NCBI GenBank assembly: GCA_963814375.1
Contig: CAWFCQ010000005.1
Coordinates: 128,304-192,303 of the forward strand
Source: an uncultured Chloroflexia bacterium
GTDB taxonomy: Bacteria > Chloroflexota > Limnocylindria > QHBO01
DNA: 64,000 nt
Direction: 5' to 3'
Below, in pieces: positions 61,519 to 64,000 of this stretch. The notes under the pieces are model-generated. The model saw only the letters and a list, made by a program, of their open reading frames with translations. It was not told the DNA's origin and did no database searches. Each line of letters begins with the position of its first letter. Within the stretch, counting starts at the first letter, position 1. Both the position numbers and the translations under genes were made by a program.

Positions 61519-62315
61519 GAATCGGCGAAGTCGACGACGATGGGCGCGTGGTCGGATGGGATGCCCGGATAGGTCGAGGGCTTGCGCGCGTCGCGGTCGC
61601 GCTCGGCCGCGACGGCGCGCGCCGCCAGCGGTGCCGAGACGTAGACGTGGTCGATGCGCATGCCGAAGTTCTTGTGGAAGTGACCGGCGCGATAGTCCCA
61701 CCAGCTGAAGAAGCCCGGCTCGGGGTGGAACTTGCGCACGATGTCGACCATGCCCCATTCCCGGAGCTTCGCCACCGCGGCACGCTCTCGCGGCGAGACA
61801 TGGGTCGCCCCGTGCACCGCCGCCTCGTCCCACACGTCGATCTCCTCGGGCGCCACGTTGTAGTCGCCGCAGACGGCGAGCTCGGTCGTCGGATCGTTGT
61901 CGTCGAGCCAGACCGACAGGCGTGCGAGCCACTCGAGCTTCTCGAGGTAGAACTCGGAGTCGACGACGCGGCCGTTCGGGACGTAGATGGTGGCCACCCG
62001 CAGCGGACCGCAGGTCGCGGCCAGGAAGCGGCCGCCGTCATCGGTCCAGCCGTCCGGGGTCGGAATCCCGGCGGTGACGTCGTCGATGCCGATGCGGGAT
62101 GCTATGGCGACCCCGTTCCATCGGCCTGGTCCGTGATGGACGAGCTCGTAGCCGAGGGCGCGGAAGTCGAGCATCGGTGCCTGGGCGTCGGAGAGCTTCG
62201 TCTCCTGGAGGCAGAGGATGTCGGGCTCGTGGCGCTCGGTCCAGGCCAGCACTCGCTCAAGGCGGGCCTTGAGCGAATTGACGTTCCAGGTCGCGAGCCG
62301 CATCGGCCTGAGCAT
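61515..62315 (-). CDS. xth: Exodeoxyribonuclease III
   Basis: MRLATWNVNSLKARL...DILCLQETK...GDYNVAP...SDHAPIVVDF. Start at ATG 62315 or 62303. Confidence 0.9.
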   Translation of the reverse strand: MLRPMRLATWNVNSLKARLERVLAWTERHEPDILCLQETKLSDAQAPMLDFRALGYELVHHGPGRWNGVAIASRIGIDDVTAGIPTPDGWTDDGGRFLAATCGPLRVATIYVPNGRVVDSEFYLEKLEWLARLSVWLDDNDPTTELAVCGDYNVAPEEIDVWDEAAVHGATHVSPRERAAVAKLREWGMVDIVRKFHPEPGFFSWWDYRAGHFHKNFGMRIDHVYVSAPLAARAVAAERDRDARKPSTYPGIPSDHAPIVVDFADS

Positions 62316-62371
62316 AGTCAAATCGGGGTCAACCGGATGGTTTGTTGAGGGGCGGCCGGAAGACCGGGTTA

Positions 62372-62385
62372 GTATGCCGGCATAC
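62372..62385. promoter_or_regulatory. Perfect 14-bp palindrome GTATGCCGGCATAC upstream of arcB
   Basis: Overlaps a -10-like TAGTAT (62370-62375), 60 nt upstream of the arcB ATG, in the xth/arcB divergent spacer. Confidence 0.4.
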
Positions 62386-62444
62386 GGTGGCACCGAACCG
62401 GTGCGTCGGCGGAAGCCGCCAAAGAGATCGAGGGCGCCGCGCAG

Positions 62445-63446
62445 ATGGGCTACAACCTCAGGGATCGCAGCTTCGTCAAGCTGTTGGACTTCACCCCACG
62501 GGACATCCGGTTCCTGCTGGATCTCTCGCGGGACCTGAAGCGTGCGAAGTACGGCGGGTATGAGCAGCAGCACATGCGCGGCAAGAACATCGCCGTCATC
62601 TTCGAGAAGACGTCGACGCGGACTCGCGTCGCCTTCGAGGTCGCTGCCTACGATCAGGGCGCCCACGTGACCTACCTGGGGCCGAGCGGCACCCAGATCG
62701 GCCACAAGGAGTCGATGAAGGACACCGCACGCGTGCTCGGCCGGATCTACGACGGGATCGAGTACCGCGGGTTCGGGCAGGAGATCGTGGAGGAGCTGGC
62801 CCAGTTCGCCGGCGTCCCGGTCTGGAACGGTCTGACCGACGAGTTCCATCCGACCCAGATCCTGGCCGACTTCCTGACCATGACCGAGTTCAGCGACAAG
62901 CCGCTGCACGACATCAGCTACTGCTACCTCGGCGACGCCCGCAACAACATGGGCGACTCGCTTCTCGTCGGCGGGGCCAAGATGGGCATGGATGTCCGGC
63001 TCTGCGGCCCGAAGAACCTGTGGCCGGCCAAGGAGCTCGTCGCCGAGTGCAAGGCTGTCGCCAAGGAAACCGGGGCCAAGGTCACCCTGACCGACGACCC
63101 CGCCGTGGGCGTCAAGGGCGTCGACTTCCTGTATACCGACGTGTGGGTCTCGATGGGCGAGGACACATCGGTCTGGGACGATCGCGTGAAGCTGCTCAAG
63201 CCGTACCAGGTGAACGCCGCCCTCGTGAAGAAGACCGGTAATCCGAAGGTGAAGTTCATGCACTGCCTCCCGGCCTTCCACGATCGGCACACGAAGGTCG
63301 GCGAGGAGATGTTCGAGCGCTTCGGCCTCGATGGCATGGAGGTCACGAACGACGTGTTCGAGTCCGAGCGGGCCATCGTCTGGGACCAGGCCGAGAACCG
63401 CATGCACACGATCAAGGCCGTCATGGTCGCCACCGTCGGCGACTGA
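62445..63446 (+). CDS. arcB: Ornithine carbamoyltransferase, catabolic-type sequence features
   Basis: 333 aa: [72 protein letters not shown]. Followed by a carbamate kinase gene. Confidence 0.9.
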   Translation: MGYNLRDRSFVKLLDFTPRDIRFLLDLSRDLKRAKYGGYEQQHMRGKNIAVIFEKTSTRTRVAFEVAAYDQGAHVTYLGPSGTQIGHKESMKDTARVLGRIYDGIEYRGFGQEIVEELAQFAGVPVWNGLTDEFHPTQILADFLTMTEFSDKPLHDISYCYLGDARNNMGDSLLVGGAKMGMDVRLCGPKNLWPAKELVAECKAVAKETGAKVTLTDDPAVGVKGVDFLYTDVWVSMGEDTSVWDDRVKLLKPYQVNAALVKKTGNPKVKFMHCLPAFHDRHTKVGEEMFERFGLDGMEVTNDVFESERAIVWDQAENRMHTIKAVMVATVGD

Positions 63447-63468
63447 CGAGCGCGAGCGGAGGAGCATC

Positions 63469-64000
63469 GTGAAGGTCGTGGTGGCCCTCGGGGGCAACGC
63501 GCTGCTGAAACGCGGCGAGCCGATGACGGCGGACGCCCAGCGGGCCAACGTCCGCGTCGCGGCTGAGAGCCTCGCCCGCATCGCCGGCGATCACCAGCTC
63601 GTCATCTCGCACGGCAACGGCCCCCAGGTCGGGCTCCTGGCGCTCGAGGCTGCTGCCTACACCGAGGTCGAGGCGTACCCGTTCGACATCCTCGGCGCCG
63701 AGACGCAGGGGATGATCGGCTACCTCGTCGAGCAGGAGCTCGGCAACTTCCTGCCCGCTGAGGTTCCGCTTGCGACGATCCTGACGATGGTCGAAGTCGA
63801 TCCCGACGATCCGGCCTTCGGCAACCCAACGAAATTCGTCGGCCCGATCTACGAGAAGGCGGAGGCCGATGCTCTCGCCGCCGACAAGGGTTGGACCGTC
63901 AAGGCTGATGGCGACCACTGGCGACGCGTCGTTCCCTCGCCGAAGCCGAAGCGGATCTTCGAGATCCGGCCGATGCGATGGCTCATCGAGCGTGGCGTGG
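63469..64000 (+). CDS. arcC: Carbamate kinase; runs off the window end
   Basis: GTG 63469 with GGAGGAG upstream: [17 protein letters not shown]...[17 protein letters not shown]...ETQGMIGYL...PTKFVGP. Open-ended, so not in the ORF track. Confidence 0.88.
   Translation, partial: MKVVVALGGNALLKRGEPMTADAQRANVRVAAESLARIAGDHQLVISHGNGPQVGLLALEAAAYTEVEAYPFDILGAETQGMIGYLVEQELGNFLPAEVPLATILTMVEVDPDDPAFGNPTKFVGPIYEKAEADALAADKGWTVKADGDHWRRVVPSPKPKRIFEIRPMRWLIERGV

Noticed and set aside
62316-63581. Upstream two-thirds of the 688-aa minus-strand ORF 61515..63581
   Set aside because: Antisense to arcB. Only the C-terminal about 265 aa are exonuclease III.

Overview
About 70% GC bacterial chromosomal segment. 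It is gene-dense, mostly on the minus strand, and many operons are translationally coupled by ATGA/GTGA overlaps. Synteny (rpsU-yqeY-7TM/HD-ybeY; CIRCE-dnaJ-prmA-rsmE) looks Terrabacteria-like (Chloroflexota/Actinomycetota-type); I cannot place it more precisely from sequence alone. Content, left to right: (1) birA, an ECF sigma, a putative anti-sigma, then accD-accA-accB-like-fabD-accC-fabZ-fabF; (2) trpS and an AI-2E transporter; (3) an Opp/Dpp-type peptide ABC importer; (4) a cobalamin riboswitch with a btuFCD-like importer; (5) two uncharacterised proteins; (6) a GDP-mannose cluster (manB, PGI/PMI, DUF374, manC); (7) proC, metK-ahcY, a GNAT, apt, acnA, mfd, pth, amtB, ybeY; (8) an amidohydrolase lipoprotein; (9) three ECF sigma / membrane-partner modules within 5.5 kb; (10) HIT, a PQQ sugar dehydrogenase, dnaJ-prmA-rsmE; (11) two YcaQ/AlkZ-like genes, VOC, xth, arcB-arcC. 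I saw no rRNA, tRNA, CRISPR, transposase, integrase or phage genes. Main observations: (a) the accB homologue lacks the biotinyl-lysine; (b) the ECF sigma modules are mosaic paralogues that share a repeated terminator-plus-promoter cassette, and the promoter-like motif also precedes the amidohydrolase gene; (c) about 22 frame disruptions, mostly +1 nt, interrupt otherwise well-conserved genes between 22 and 61 kb, and none were detected by eye outside that range. One of them fuses manB to the PGI/PMI gene. Assembly indels are the most likely cause, but this needs read-level confirmation. (d) Several unexplained palindromic or AT-rich intergenic sites. All functional calls rest on motif and family recognition by eye; no database search was run.
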